Assembly (NCBI GenBank): GCA_024137785.1
Contig: JAHRHZ010000035.1
Coordinates: forward strand, 24,451,601-24,515,600
Reading direction: 5' to 3'
Length of the DNA stretch: 64,000 nucleotides
Source of the DNA: Ginglymostoma cirratum
Taxonomy: Eukaryota
The position numbers were made by a program, and so were the translations under genes. Under the pieces are notes generated by a model. The model was not told where the DNA came from and made no database searches. It saw only the letters and a program-made list of their open reading frames with translations. Shown one piece after another: positions 1 through 12,210 of this stretch (position 1 is the first letter of the stretch; each line of letters starts with the position of its first letter).

Positions 1-311
1 GATTGACTTTTATACAGGTAACATTTTGGATGGACTGAAATCACCCCTCACCTGTCCCCTCGCTGTCACAGCTGCCACATTGGAAGCTGTCCCATCAACT
101 CCACCCCCAAAAACAGCAGAAAAGAAGCCAAAAGTATTATTATTATATGTTTATTTCAAAGTAAATAATAACCTTCGTGGAGACAGGCATAAACTTAATG
201 AATTTAGTGTGCACTATTAATCAAGTTCATCATAAGCAAAAGCCATATATTAATATTTGTACAATTTCACTAAGTTTTTTTAACAATGCAAAATAGAATA
301 CTACCTTGCAG

Positions 312-1734
312 CAGCATATACATTGAACTCATGCTAAAATCCATAAATTTACCCTCTATCTCTTCAAAAGAACCAAATAACTCATCCCAAACTGCTTTTT
401 GAATGGTATCATCAGAGATCACTTGCGTTGGCAATCACATTGTCAACAGCCGCATAACTCTGCAAATAATCACATACTGTGCCGTCAAGGGCATTGGATA
501 TCCCACGTTTCATAAAGGACTGGATGACAATCCCCATTCTGATTTCATCTCTGACTTCTACAACTCCATTCTCACAGGATTGCTTGCATCTGAGGTCATA
601 TGCTGCCACCCCTTCATGAATCTCTTGTCTCCTCCAATCACCCAGTCATTCCACTTTTTACCCTTGAGGGGCTGGTTTGAAGAGGCTTATCTGAACATGT
701 CCCAAATGAGAAGAACTTTTTCTTTTAGTAATCCTCCTGTTCGGAAACTCCAAACTTGCCCCAGCCATATTTTTAAGTTACTTTCATCTATCCATTCATT
801 GCTTCTGGAAACATAGGGATTTTGTCCTCAATATCATCATTGGTTTAGGTTTATCCCATTAGACATGGACAACTGTGAATCCACTCTTTTCATGGCCAGT
901 TGTCTTCACTAATATTATTTTCTGTCCAACTTTGGTCATCATTTGACTGGCTGGTATTTCAAAATTCATGGGAGTGTCATCCATGTTTACAAGCAGGCCA
1001 AGATGTATCCATTTTTGTGATGTTTGATTATAAGTCACTGAAACGCTATCTAGTTGCGTTGGGAGACACTGAAATTTTGGTCTTCTTTTGCAGGACAAAA
1101 TTGTTTCTTGTCATAAGCCTGGCAGGCCACCAGAACTGGCTTTGAAATCTGCAATGCCTCATTTTCTTTCTTGTTTCTAAATGAAGATTTTGGATAGATT
1201 TTTAAGGAACTGAGGTCCATTCTGGTGATTTTTATTGACATACTTTTCAACTTCATATTCCAACTTAAAGCCACATGCTAAGCTTTCCTCTGTGCATTTA
1301 TTATTAGGCATCTGCCCAAGTTGTGTAGAGAGCTTCTCCCAATTTCTGACATTCTTTTCTAATACATTAAATTCTCTAGCTGCTGCACACTTATTTGTCT
1401 GCCCAGAAATCTCATTGATTTTAAGTTTGAGCTGGGCTTTGTATCTGAAGTAGAGGGTGAGATTGACAGGAGTATAGTGTGTAGGATGTTGATGTGCGTA
1501 GACATGAGGAGCTGAATAGCTGCCTACAATTGTATGCTACTCTATGATCTATCATGTAGGTTTGTACCAGGGCGAGTTTGACTTCAGTAGGAAACATTAA
1601 AAGAATACTGATGTTTTAGCAAAAGTCAGGGCTCATCTATACATGAGATATGTGTAAAATGAATTATCTTTTGGCCAAATGTCAAGGTTCAACTTTTTTA
1701 CGAGAGGTTGACCATTTCTCATGCATATACTGTA
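312..1734 (-). mobile_element. Decayed pogo-family (Tc1/mariner superfamily; POGK/Passer-like) DNA transposon with fragmented DDE transposase
   Basis: Minus-strand fragments in the expected order: HTH-like YKAQLKLKINEISGQTNKCAAAREFNVLEKNVRNWEK (~1330-1445), DDE-start NMDDTPMNFEIPAS...KTTGHEKSGFTVV (ORF 859-1098), C-terminal IQSFMKRGISNALDG (ORF 412-609). The right end reads TA-CAGTATATGC on the minus strand (~1734), like a pogo TIR with a TA TSD. Left end uncertain. Frameshifts and stops throughout. Confidence 0.85.
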
Positions 1735-2884
1735 TCTTGAATACACATGAATCCACTAAATGTAAACAACCTTGTGTTCTAAAGATTTCCTTAAAGAGCC
1801 TCACACAAAGTTATTTGTTGATAAGTTCTGATGTGTTTGCGCATCGTACATAAACTTCTAAAGAGGTTTCGCTCAGCACAGACTTACAAACGATGGTGTT
1901 GCACTAATATAATAGTGTAATTTAATTGTTAAAATATATGGTATTATAAATAGAAAATGCTTTCTGTTGTTACAACACAGAATAAAATGCAGATGAAAAA
2001 GTACGTTTGTAAAGAAGACCTCAGGGTAATTCAAAATATCATAGTTCAGTATTATCCATGGATTTCAACTTTTTTTTTCCACCCAGAAAAAGAACTTCCT
2101 TAACATGAAACAAATTTCTAAATGCAACTTGTTGTGTGCTTAGTTGGCTGATAAAATTCTAAAGTGACACACATTTGGGCTGTTCATTGTCTATTCATAG
2201 TGAATCCAGGCCCCGAACATTAAGCTGACCCAAGTTTGTTATCAAATGGACAACTTCACATTGTACCCAAAATGACAGTTGGTGCAGGCAACAAAAATAT
2301 TAGGGTTGTAATCTTCATAGTTTGACAGTAAGCCCCCTTGCTTTGGCACAGTGTAATGTTTGACCATAGGACTGTGTGAAAATAATTGTTTTCTCTAGAA
2401 CTTTATGCCAACCTCTTATAAATCATAAAATTCATGCCAACGCTTGTGTGAAAATAAACACAGTGGGTGGCACATTGACAGATTTCAGTCTGGACCAAGC
2501 TAAGGCTGCTGATTAATGAATGTAAGCTTTGCTTTTGTATATTGATATTTTAATATTTGCATTAGGTCATTATTGCTTTATTCATGCCTCAAGGTATCAG
2601 AAAACTCCTCCTGATTTTATTTCATTGTCTTCTGGTTCAATAAAGGGCAGATGTTTTGTTGTACCACAACACTGCTTGGGGAGAAGAAAAAATCTATCCA
2701 GTGATGTTGCACTCGAGCCAAAATATGTGTAATCATGAGAAAGTACATGGTGTGATCAATGCACAAGAATTAAAATGGCATATTTTGCAAGTTAGTTTTC
2801 AGTTGTGGGTGGGTGTAAGTGGGCACGAGACCGTTTTATTTGGTGGCTGTACAAACTATTTACAAGTACTATGTCATGCACATT

Positions 2885-3115
2885 GAATTGTGGAATGATG
2901 TAACAAGGAAGGAGGTCATTTGGCACACCATGCCTGAACTGGCTGCCTGAAAGTGCTGCCCAATTAATCCCTCTCTCTTCGGCCTAACCCTGCAATTATC
3001 AGTCCTTCAAGAATTTATACAATTTCCTTTTAGAAAGTGGCTCTTAAGTCTATTTTCCCACACCTTTTCAGGCAGTGCATTCCAGGTCATAGTAAGTTGC
3101 TGCCCAACAAAAATG
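2885..3115 (-). mobile_element. Old CR1-type LINE 3' end fragment
   Basis: Reverse-oriented CR1 tail motifs (ggaggtcatttggc..., caccttttcaggcagtgcattccagg) also found at ~19640-19830 and ~38785-39020. Confidence 0.55.
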
Positions 3116-3120
3116 AATTT

Positions 3121-3290
3121 CAAAAACAAAAATTTGCTGGAGAAGCTCAACAGGTCTGGCAGCATCCATAAAGAGAAAACTGAACTGAAGAGGGTCGCTG
3201 CACTTGAAACATGAACTCTCTTTTCTCTTCACAGGTGCTGCCAGATCTGCTGAGTTTCTCCAGCACTTCCTGTGTTTGTTCCAGAACTTC
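3121..3290. mobile_element. Fold-back Penelope-derived short element (family B) with a degenerate hammerhead-like centre
   Basis: Arms tgctggagaagctcaacaggtctggcagcatc and ggtgctgccagatctgctgagtttctccagca are near reverse complements; centre CTGAAGA(3185)...GAAAC(3206). Confidence 0.75.
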
Positions 3291-3309
3291 AGACATTGTG
3301 GTGCAATTG

Positions 3310-4600
3310 CGTATGGACAGCTGTTTTCTCTGCACAGCATTCCAAGAAGATACATCTGATTTAATTGCTGTTTCCAAAGTTATGGTTTCCAAGCATGCCT
3401 TTCCATTGCCAGGATGTCATGGCCAACTCTCATGCTGAAATCACCAAAGATGACGATTTTTGTCCTCGGGAGGCACATTGTGTATGAGCTCATAGAGATC
3501 TGTGTGGAACATTGTCCTGTTGGCTGGATCAGCCTCCAGGGTTGCAATAGAAATGCTGAGGAGAGCTGATGATCTTGAGAAGGAGGAGGTGCAGGAACAT
3601 GATGCATTTACAATTGCTAATTAACAGGCCTGAAAGTTTAGTGGTGATACTTTGCTTCCCTGTGAAACCGACACTGCAGAAAATGTTGTTCATCGTGAGA
3701 TCTACCCAGTCAACACAGGCTGGAGCTAGTGTTGAGTTCTGTCAGGCTGCTGTACTGTGAGAAGTGGTCCTCACTCAGTGCTGCACTATCAATGTCAAGC
3801 TTAACTAACACCCAGGCCACCAAGGCTGAGTGATGATGGAGTGACCCAGTCGTTGTCACCAGAGGTGAGCATTGTTCTTAGGTTTCATCAAGCTGGTTCC
3901 AGAATTTTTCTTCTCCCAGCTTTCGAAGCAAGGGTAGAAAGTTGCTGTTTGGCCACATGAGGTATCTATGGATCGCAGTAAGCCAGCTGGGTAGTGTTGA
4001 GATGAGCTATTGTTTAGGGCACCTTTTCCAGCCCCTTCTCCCATTCAGGGGGCAAACCGTGCTCCCTGTGGCTACTCAGGGTGCCAGTGGATGATAATGC
4101 CAACTCTACATCATTGTCAAATAACCTAGAGGTGCTTGTTCTGGAGGATTAGACTTGTGGCTGCCTGGGTCACCTTATACCTACCATTTTAACCCCATTC
4201 TCAATGCTCTAGCAGTTGCTTGTTGAGTCTTTGTTGAGTTGGACTCATTTTTCCTTCCTGCCTGTACAGTGGAGCATTAAGGTGGAGGAGACTTAGCAGC
4301 GACTGACCCTATAGCCTTTAAGCCTGGAGCTCCTCTGTCGTGATCCAGTATCTAGGATGGTGGCACTGATGTCTCTGGGCTGTTGGTTTGGATTCAGAGT
4401 TTCCCTCTTCCAGATGGGTTTCTGACTAAGACTTGAGGGGATATTCCTTGCCTTGCTGGTTTCGCAACAACCTCAGCCCACACAATGTGCTGCAACTCAC
4501 TTGCGGTGCAGAACATGGTGGTTATTTGAGTTGCTTGGAATCCTTCCACCTGGTGTCATGTTCATCATTTCTCCCCACACTACATGTTGCCCGTCAGCTA
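3310..4600 (-). mobile_element. Decayed RTE-clade LINE, 5' part (UTR plus AP-endonuclease remnant)
   Basis: ORF 3380-3607 (-) contains KIVIFGDFSMRVGHD, resembling the APE motif IILGDFNARVG; RTE-like 5' UTR motifs at ~4240-4440. Boundaries approximate. Confidence 0.6.
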
Positions 4601-4849
4601 AGATGGTGTGCCAGAGTGTGGTGTTTGGAGCTAGCAGTAAGAGTGGGTATAGAAGTGAACCAGTGTTTCCAGTCTATCCTGCAAGTAGTATGAAACTGAC
4701 TGAAAGGAAAAGGGTATGACCTCTATCTGAACACTCCATAGAACCCTCAACATCTATATTGGTAAAAAGAAAAGCTATGTCCCTCATATGCCTGTCTCTG
4801 GCACAGCATGGACATCACGTCTTATTGTTGTGTCACGGTTGCACACTGA

Positions 4850-5135
4850 CTCTCTACAGTACAGAAGAGGCTATTTGGCCCATCAAGACTGCACCAAAGA
4901 ACATCCTATCCCTGTCACCTTGTATTTACTGTGGCTAATCCATGTGGTCTACACATCCCTGGACATTATGGACAATTGTAGCATGGCCAAGCCACATAAC
5001 CTGCACATCTTTGGACTGTGGGAGGAAACTACAGCACCTGCCACAAACCCATGCAGACAACAGTCACCACGGCTAGAATTAAATTGGGTCCCTGATGCTG
5101 TGAGGCAGCAGTGCTAACCACTGAGGCGCTATCCC
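4850..5135 (-). mobile_element. tRNA-derived SINE (HE1/V-SINE-like)
   Basis: Reverse complement of the ...cagtggttagcactgctgcctcacagc head plus the V-domain-like ctgcacatctttggactgtgggaggaaac; same family as 43736, 62792 and 63221. Confidence 0.85.
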
Positions 5136-5514
5136 CCACTTACTCTTCAGAAAGCACAATAATCAACTAGACAGGCAGGAGACTATTGCCTCATTGACAA
5201 TGGAAGTTAAGATTATGAAAAACTGATTTAAACATGTGCAGATGGTAAAAGCTACTAATATTAATTTTTTCCCAATATTGCTCACAAATTCCATTAGCTC
5301 CGATGCCGCAATCTTAACTAAGTTCACCAATTAATAGAAATAAAACATAACAAGCTATAAAAATTGCATAGTGTAGAAGATTATTAAATAAACAAGAATG
5401 TTTTCTGTATTAAAATTGCCCTGAGAAACAGTTGCTTTAAAGGCCAATACCTACATAAGAAAATGTAACTTCCAGCATTTGTATTTTCCTAAATGTATCA
5501 CTGAAAATGATCAA

Positions 5515-5920
5515 CAAAAGCAAAACTTAAATTTAGATAACACCTTTAACATATTAAAAAGTCTCGTGATGTTTCAGAGAACCATTGTAAATCAAAGAAA
5601 TGGCATTGAACCTCTTAGAAGATGATAGATCAGGTGACCAACATGTTTGATCAAAGAGGACGGTTTTACGGAGCTTCTTAGAAAAAGAAAGTGAGGTAGA
5701 GAGACAGAGACGGATGGGAGGCTAGGCAACTGAAAGGTTACCCACCAACTGTGGAGCAATTATCAGGATTCTCAAGAAGCCACAGTTAGAGAACAGCAGA
5801 TATCTTGGACAGTGGTGCAGCTGGAGAAGATGAAAGAAATAGGGATGGTTGGCGGAGAAGGAAGACTCTGCAGTGATTTGAGAGCAAAGATAGAGGTTTT
5901 AAAGTCAAGATGTCACTCCA
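5515..5920 (-). mobile_element. L2-type LINE 3' end fragment
   Basis: Reverse complement of the L2 tail (ggtgacc...tttgatcaaagagg...ttttacggagc), homologous to the + strand tail at ~51040-51350. Confidence 0.65.
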
Positions 5921-5959
5921 TTAATACAACATGTAAAACTGATAAAACTCAAGACCTGG

Positions 5960-6920
5960 CATTCTGGCACGGATTGAGAATTGGTTAACAAACAGGAAAA
6001 TGAGTAGGAATAAGTGGGTCATTCTCAGGAGGACAGGCTGTTACCAGTGAGGTACTACAAGGATCAGTGCCAGCTCTACAACTGTTCACAACCTATATTG
6101 ATAATTTGGGAACTATATCTATTTTTTGTGAGTTTGCTGATGTCAAACAGGTGAAAATGTGTGTTGTGAGGAGAACGCAAAGAGGGTTCAAGATAATTTT
6201 GATAAGCTGAGTGAATGAATAAGAACTTAGATGGAATATAATATGGAAAAAAAGTGAAGTTATCCATTTTGGTAGGAAATGCAGAGTATTTCTTAAATAG
6301 TGAGAGATTAGGAAGTGTTGATATCCAAAGGGACCTAAGCATTCTTGTTCATAAATGACTAAAACTGAAGCAGTTGTAGCATGTGATTGGGAAGGCAAGC
6401 AGGATGTTGGTCTTTAATGTAAGAGCATTTCAGTGCAGGAGTAAAGAATTCTTACTGCAATTTGGAGCCTTGGTGACACTGCACCTGGAGTATCAGTTTT
6501 GGGAACTCTACCTCAGGAAGAAAAGAGGGAACATAATAAAGGATCACTCAGCTGATTTCTGGGGTTTATCCTTTGAGAGGAGACTGGGAAGACTGCCCCT
6601 ATATTCTCTAGAATTTAGATGATTTCATTGAAGTATACAAAATTCATACAGGGCCCAATAGAGTGGATGCAGGAATGACGATTCCCTATCTTGGCTAGGG
6701 GGGTGGGGTGGGGTGGGGAATGGGGTGGAGAGGCGGTGGTGTCTAGAAACAGGAGTTGCAGTCTCAGAATAAGCAGCAGACCATTTAGAACTGAGATTAA
6801 GAGGAAGTTCTTCATTCACAAAGTGATAAATGCTCAGAACTTTCTGCTGTGGAGTTCTGTGGAGGCTCTGTCATTGAGGATGTTCAATTTGAGGGCATCA
6901 TTAGTTTTCCAGATGTTAAA
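5960..6920 (+). mobile_element. CR1 LINE ORF2 (reverse transcriptase C-terminal half), decayed
   Basis: Translatable remnants IENWLTNRK, VTSEVLQGSV (GVPQGSV-like), FAD(V)K, LVTLHLEY-QFW, SFERRLGRLPLYSLEFR; many frameshifts. Confidence 0.85.
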
Positions 6921-7134
6921 ATGGGGGTGGCAATGGCCTAGTGGTATTATCACTGGACTGAAGGGTCTCTTCATCGTCAGACTCCTAGTCCAACATCCAA
7001 CACGGCTTCTTCAGTTAACTTTTGGGAAGACAGAAACCAAGGTCTTCAATTCCCAACACAAATTCTGTTCTTAGCCACAAGCAGAGGTGAGCCTCATGTC
7101 ACTTATTTCTAATGTTTTCTGTTTCTGCCTCTGT

Positions 7135-7560
7135 GGCTTCGCCCCTCCCTTGGCCTAAGCCAATCGGCTGTTGAAACCTTCATCCATCACTCTGTTACCC
7201 CTGGATTTATCTGTTCTAAAGCACTCAAGGATGGTCTGTCTACTTCTAAACAGCATAAAGTTGAGGTGATCCAGAGTTCCACTGTCCATGTCTTCACTTG
7301 CGTCGGGTCCCATTCACCTTTCTCAAATGGGCATGCAGGTCTGCGCTGGTTCCTGGTTTGTAATTCTCATCCTTGTTCTCATGTCCGTCCATGGCTTTGT
7401 CCCTCCATGTCTCCGTACTCTCCTTTAGCCCTATGCCCCACCAGCCCAGAATCTCTGTGCTGCGCTATCTCTGACCTCTCAATGCTGTAATTTTGGTGTC
7501 TTCCACTGCTTGAGTTCCCTCCCTGAATCCCTCCCTGAAAGCCAAACCTCATACTCTGCC
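7135..7560 (+). mobile_element. L2-type LINE ORF2 C-terminal fragment
   Basis: gaaaccttcatccat...gttacccctggattta... resembles the L2 motif ETLIHAFVTSRLDY; degenerate. Confidence 0.55.
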
Positions 7561-7581
7561 AATGATTTCTGTCTGCGTAAT

Positions 7582-7660
7582 TAAAAACAGAAAGTGCTAG
7601 AGGTCTGGCAGCCTCTGTGGTGAGACAAACTGAGTTAACGTTTTGAATTCAGTGGATCCT
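7582..7660 (-). mobile_element. Penelope-derived short element fragment (family B)
   Basis: aaaacagaaagtgctag...aggtctggcagcctctgtgg...gagttaacgttt matches the copies at 10861 and 25400 and the reverse complement of 44475. Confidence 0.7.
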
Positions 7661-8074
7661 TGGTATGTACGTGTGTGTTTGGGCCTAGACCAGTCTGTGC
7701 GACAGTGTTGCACTACCTAAATTTATCTACTTTGTTTAACCTAAGGAAACCTGTTTGAGTAAATTCTTCATGGCCATAAAAATGTAAAGAGAGAGAAACT
7801 TAGAGAATTGGTAAGACACATCCTTCTAAATTCAGAAGTAAAATCCTGTTATGGTCATACAATGAATGGGAGAATTAGGGGAGTTATTTCATTTCCCCTT
7901 GTAACAATCTGGAAGCATAAAATCAGAAGAGGAAGGTTGTGCTGAAGACATGGAAGAATTTAAAGCAGGGGTCCATAGTTTGCACGTCATGTCAGCTAAC
8001 AGGATAAGTGTGGAATGGGAATCGAGAATGAGTATAAAACAATAACATATTATAATCTTGTTTGTTCTTAGCAG

Positions 8075-8958
8075 TACCAGATAGTATGGGCTCTGTCAAA
8101 GATACTTCCGTAACATGTAGCATGTTCTCCTGTATTGGGCCCAGTGGATGGAGGTGTGCCTGACCTCTGCTGGTTTGTCTGCAAGCATGAGATGTGTCTT
8201 TTAGAGCTGTCCCACTTCCCCGCCCAGCTCCCCATTGCTGGGCCTCTTGATGCCTCTGAATGTAGGACCATCTCTGGGAGCCTACGCGCAAACTGTTATG
8301 GGTTTGCTTATTGCAGATCCCACATGACAATCCCCCCCAGCTCCCACTGGGTTGTAACCACTGATGGTGGTGAGAGATGTTGCAGTGGGCATTAATTGGG
8401 CACTGGAGGACCTCAGCTGATGCTGGGACTTAATTGTGGTAGGAGCATGGAAAGCAGTGTACTCTGCTGACCCAGTACTCATCTGCACCACCAAATGTAG
8501 TGCAGAGAAGGGCATTAATTTCGGCATTGCCTGGAGCTGCCTTCCCTTCAGATGAGAGACTCATGCTCTCATTCCACCAGTCATACCAAAACATGGCATC
8601 TCTCCACCTATCAGCTTCCATGACTAAGATTTCTAGGGGGACCTTGCTGAGTCACAGGGCCCACTCTCCACCCTGTTGTTTGATTGGACCAGTCTCCAAG
8701 TTGCAGTGTTGGCAATGAGCAACAGCTTTTTCCGATTCAATGCCTTTAAGAGCTGAAGGCTGGCTACAATGCATGTCAGCCTCACGTGGTGTTGGGCCAC
8801 CTTTTTATGCATGTGGCCTGCCAACTGTGTAAGTCATGCTGGAATAGAGGGAAAGATCATGGAAATTAATGAGGCAGCACATTGTTCACATGCTTTTACC
8901 TCAACAGCAATTGAAATGGGCAGTTTGCAAAAATAGACCTCGTTGAATTTTACCCCCT
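8075..8958. repeat. GC-richer degenerate interspersed repeat, possibly a non-autonomous DNA element; unclassified
   Basis: Abrupt compositional shift, ending at tgaattttaccccc; similar blocks at ~16200-16500, ~39150-39810 and ~56500-56780. No coding signature. Confidence 0.3.
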
Positions 8959-10860
8959 TTGTATTTCAGTGAATGAAATACTTTTGAAGAGTAGCTGTTG
9001 TGTAATGTAGGAAAGGTAGGTTATTTTAATTGAAAATTAACTTGATGTTGCCAAATCCTTCAGACATAAGGGAGTGGAACATCTTTTCGAAGTATATGTT
9101 TAACTTACTTAACAATTGGTTTCTTGATTTTTTTTTATTAATTGAGTAAAGAACCAAAGTTAATTTGGCACCTTTGAATAATAATTCAATAGAATTAAAT
9201 TAAAAATGATAATTACTTGCGCTTATTGCTTCTTTGCATAGTCTGCTCTGAAGCCTGATCAAATCCATAGAACAAATATAATGTAGTAACATTGATGACT
9301 TATTTCTATACTGGGAGGTATTAGCATAACTCACATGGTGCCAAACTGCTTGTGATTTATGAGTGCTCTGTCCTTGTGGGGGAGAAAAGCAAGTTTTGTA
9401 GCGCATTTTCACTGCTGCATTATTTTTGACACATGCATACATATATACAACAGAATTCTTTGCAATGCCTCTGAATAGACTAAGATATTTATCATAGGCA
9501 GGTGTATGTATAATGGAATGGCAGGACAAATACTGAAGCAGAAAATGATTTTTATCATTTGCATTATGTTTATTTTTTTTACAACAACCATCTACAATTG
9601 TGCTGTTAAGAACAGAAAAAAAATTCAAATGATCAAACGTGTGCCTCACCTTCACTATTTCCTGGTGCACAGTATTACAGTTCATACATAAATTACTTTT
9701 TATTGCTGTGTTGGAACCTCTGGAGGCTGCTGAAGTACATCAAAATATTCCAAGAACTGTGAACTTGAAGTTTAGCTGCTAAAACATGTATATGTCTGTA
9801 AAATAAATATTGCCTGAGGTATAGAACGAGCACATGAAAGAGTGAAAATCAAGTTTTTTTTCCAAGAAGTATTTCCACCTTTGCAAGACAGTTTTTAATG
9901 GAGTTTTGAAAGATACTTCAATGTGTCAGTAACACTGCCGCATTATTCATTAGTTCAGCCAGGAACTTTTGTGAATGGCATGTGTCCTTCAGTGTTTGGT
10001 TGTATAACAGGTCATTTTGGGTGGAAGTGAACTATTGTCAGTGCAAACCTCCTGGTAACCTTCTGTAAAGAAATTTCTAGAATCATGGCTTTACAGAATT
10101 TATTAGTCCCTAGGTTTATAAAACCACTTGTGAATGGATGCACAGCCAAACTCACTTGTCACTGACATGAAATTGGCATCCTTTATCGTTACTGTAATTT
10201 CAGAAAAGCACCTGCATGTGAATGCAGTAGATATACATAGTCCAGCTGTCATGGCTTTTTGTTTCAGGTTGTATTCCTTTTGTTAAAATAAAGAAGTCAA
10301 GGGACAAAGGCTTTGTGTGTAGGGGGAATATTTAGACTCAAAAGGATAAAGGATAAGCTATGATAAGTTGGGTTATGGTGATTTATGGAATGGAAGGTGT
10401 GAATTATGTAGCTTGATGTTAACGAATCGCTTCTTTCTTAGTTATGTAATTGTAATTACCTCTTGTGCATTCTTTGCTATGGACCTGCTCCCAAGATTTT
10501 CTGGAGCTGCGGGGCAGAACATGGGGCTGTTTTTGAGAGTCTCTCTGGGATTTCATCAGATCTACACCCTACCCCACCTCAACAGGAGCTCCTACAAAAT
10601 ATTGGTTTTAACTGCACCCCCAGTGATTAAATTGCAACGGCAGTGTGCAACTGAGCTGTACAGGCCAGTAGATTCCCAGGTTTGATTTTCTGATTTCTTC
10701 ACAATTAGCTGACCTTGACTGCACCAACAGCAGGAATGATCCCTGTATTAAAGAATGAGGGTGGTAGGGTGTAAGCACCTTGGGAACTGCCGCTGTTCAT
10801 TATGCAGTGGCCTTTGCAGTAATGTTTACGGAGTTAGATGTCAGGTGTTGATGAGATTAT

Positions 10861-10950
10861 GAACAAAAACAGAAGTTGCTGGAAAAGCTCAGCAGATCTG
10901 GCAGCATCTGTGAAGAAAAAATCAGAGTTAACGTTTCGGGTTTCTCAGAA
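10861..10950 (-). mobile_element. Penelope-derived short element (family B), hammerhead region partly deleted
   Basis: gaacaaaaacagaagttgctggaaaagctcagcagatctggcagcatctgtgaagaaaaaatcagagttaacgtttcggg is almost the exact reverse complement of 44497-44576. Confidence 0.8.
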
Positions 10951-11597
10951 GGGTGAGATTATATTTAGTTGCAATGGTCACCCAACTGTTGAATTTGAAC
11001 AATTGCTACTTGCCAAGGCGTGGCATTACTTCTGGAGCAGAAATTTTAGAGAAGAAAAAGTAAAGTTAAGGAAGTTAACAATTGATCTGCAAGGGCACAA
11101 TTTAATTTCTTGATAGCAATGCCCAGCAAAGTTGGCCAAAAGTAATGTTTAATCTTTGGCTTTTGCTAAGACATCATTATTCACCTCCCATTTAAATGTA
11201 GATGGTACAGGGGAAGGAGGGATGTATGTTGGTGAATTTTGACTTGGATGTGTATTGCAAAATTGATGTTATTACATCTGTCATCAGTTTGTAAGCTGCT
11301 CTTTACACTGATCCATTGAATTCAATGAAACTAAATATAAGACAAACTGAACACAGTTTTACATCTCTGCCCAAGCTGAATATTGCCCAGCCTGTACACA
11401 GTTTTAAACCCAGGGCCAAGCTGAATTCCGTCTTGTTCTGTGATTGCCAAAAGAAACAAATGTTTGACCTTTTGACTATTTTAATAGAGCATTCAATGTT
11501 AGGATGATAATAATGCAAGCTTGCTCGCTTTTTTTGCACATTGTGATGATTTATAGAAGAATTTCTTTTTATTTAATGGTGTTTTCATATTCACATG

Positions 11598-12210
11598 TCA
11601 TAGGAACACAGGGATAGAAATAGGCTACGAAGCTCACTAAACTTGTTTCTCTATGCAGTACAATGGTGGCTGATCATGCAGTTCAATGTAATACAGTTTT
11701 CCCATATCCCTTCACTTCATTGGCATTGAGAAGCCTGTCAATCTCTAATTCAAACAAACTCAATGACTGAGCCTCTGGTGTAGAGAATCCCAAAGAGTCA
11801 CAACCCTTCTAGTTAAATAAATTCTTCTCATTGCAATCCTAAGTGGCTTCCCTGTTATTTCTAAATTGTGTCCCCTGGTTCTAGACTCCCCAACCAGGGG
11901 AATCATCTTAGCATGAATTCCTCATGAATTTTTTTTAGTAAGTTTCACTGAAATTTCCTCTTTCTTTATTCTCTGGAACATACAGACCCAGTTTCCCCAT
12001 TCCCTGTTCAAAGGATTGTGCTACCATCCCTGGAACAAGTCTGGTTAACCTTTGTTCCATTCTCTCTATGGGAATAATATCCTTCCTGAGATAAGAGACC
12101 AAAATTGCAAACAGTTCTCTAGATTCGGTCTAACCAAGGTTTGATACAACTGAAGCAAAACTTTGCTGCTCCTGTACTTAAATCCTTTTACGATACTGGC
12201 TAACATAACA
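11598..12210 (-). mobile_element. CR1 LINE 3' fragment
   Basis: Minus strand encodes the remnant GFKYRSSKVLLQLYQTLVRPNLENCLQFWS followed by a CR1 3' UTR. Confidence 0.8.

Noticed and set aside
9200-9685. 161-aa minus-strand ORF and the many other 60-150 aa ORFs
   Set aside because: No recognisable domains or splice-consistent structure; consistent with random ORFs or TE remnants.
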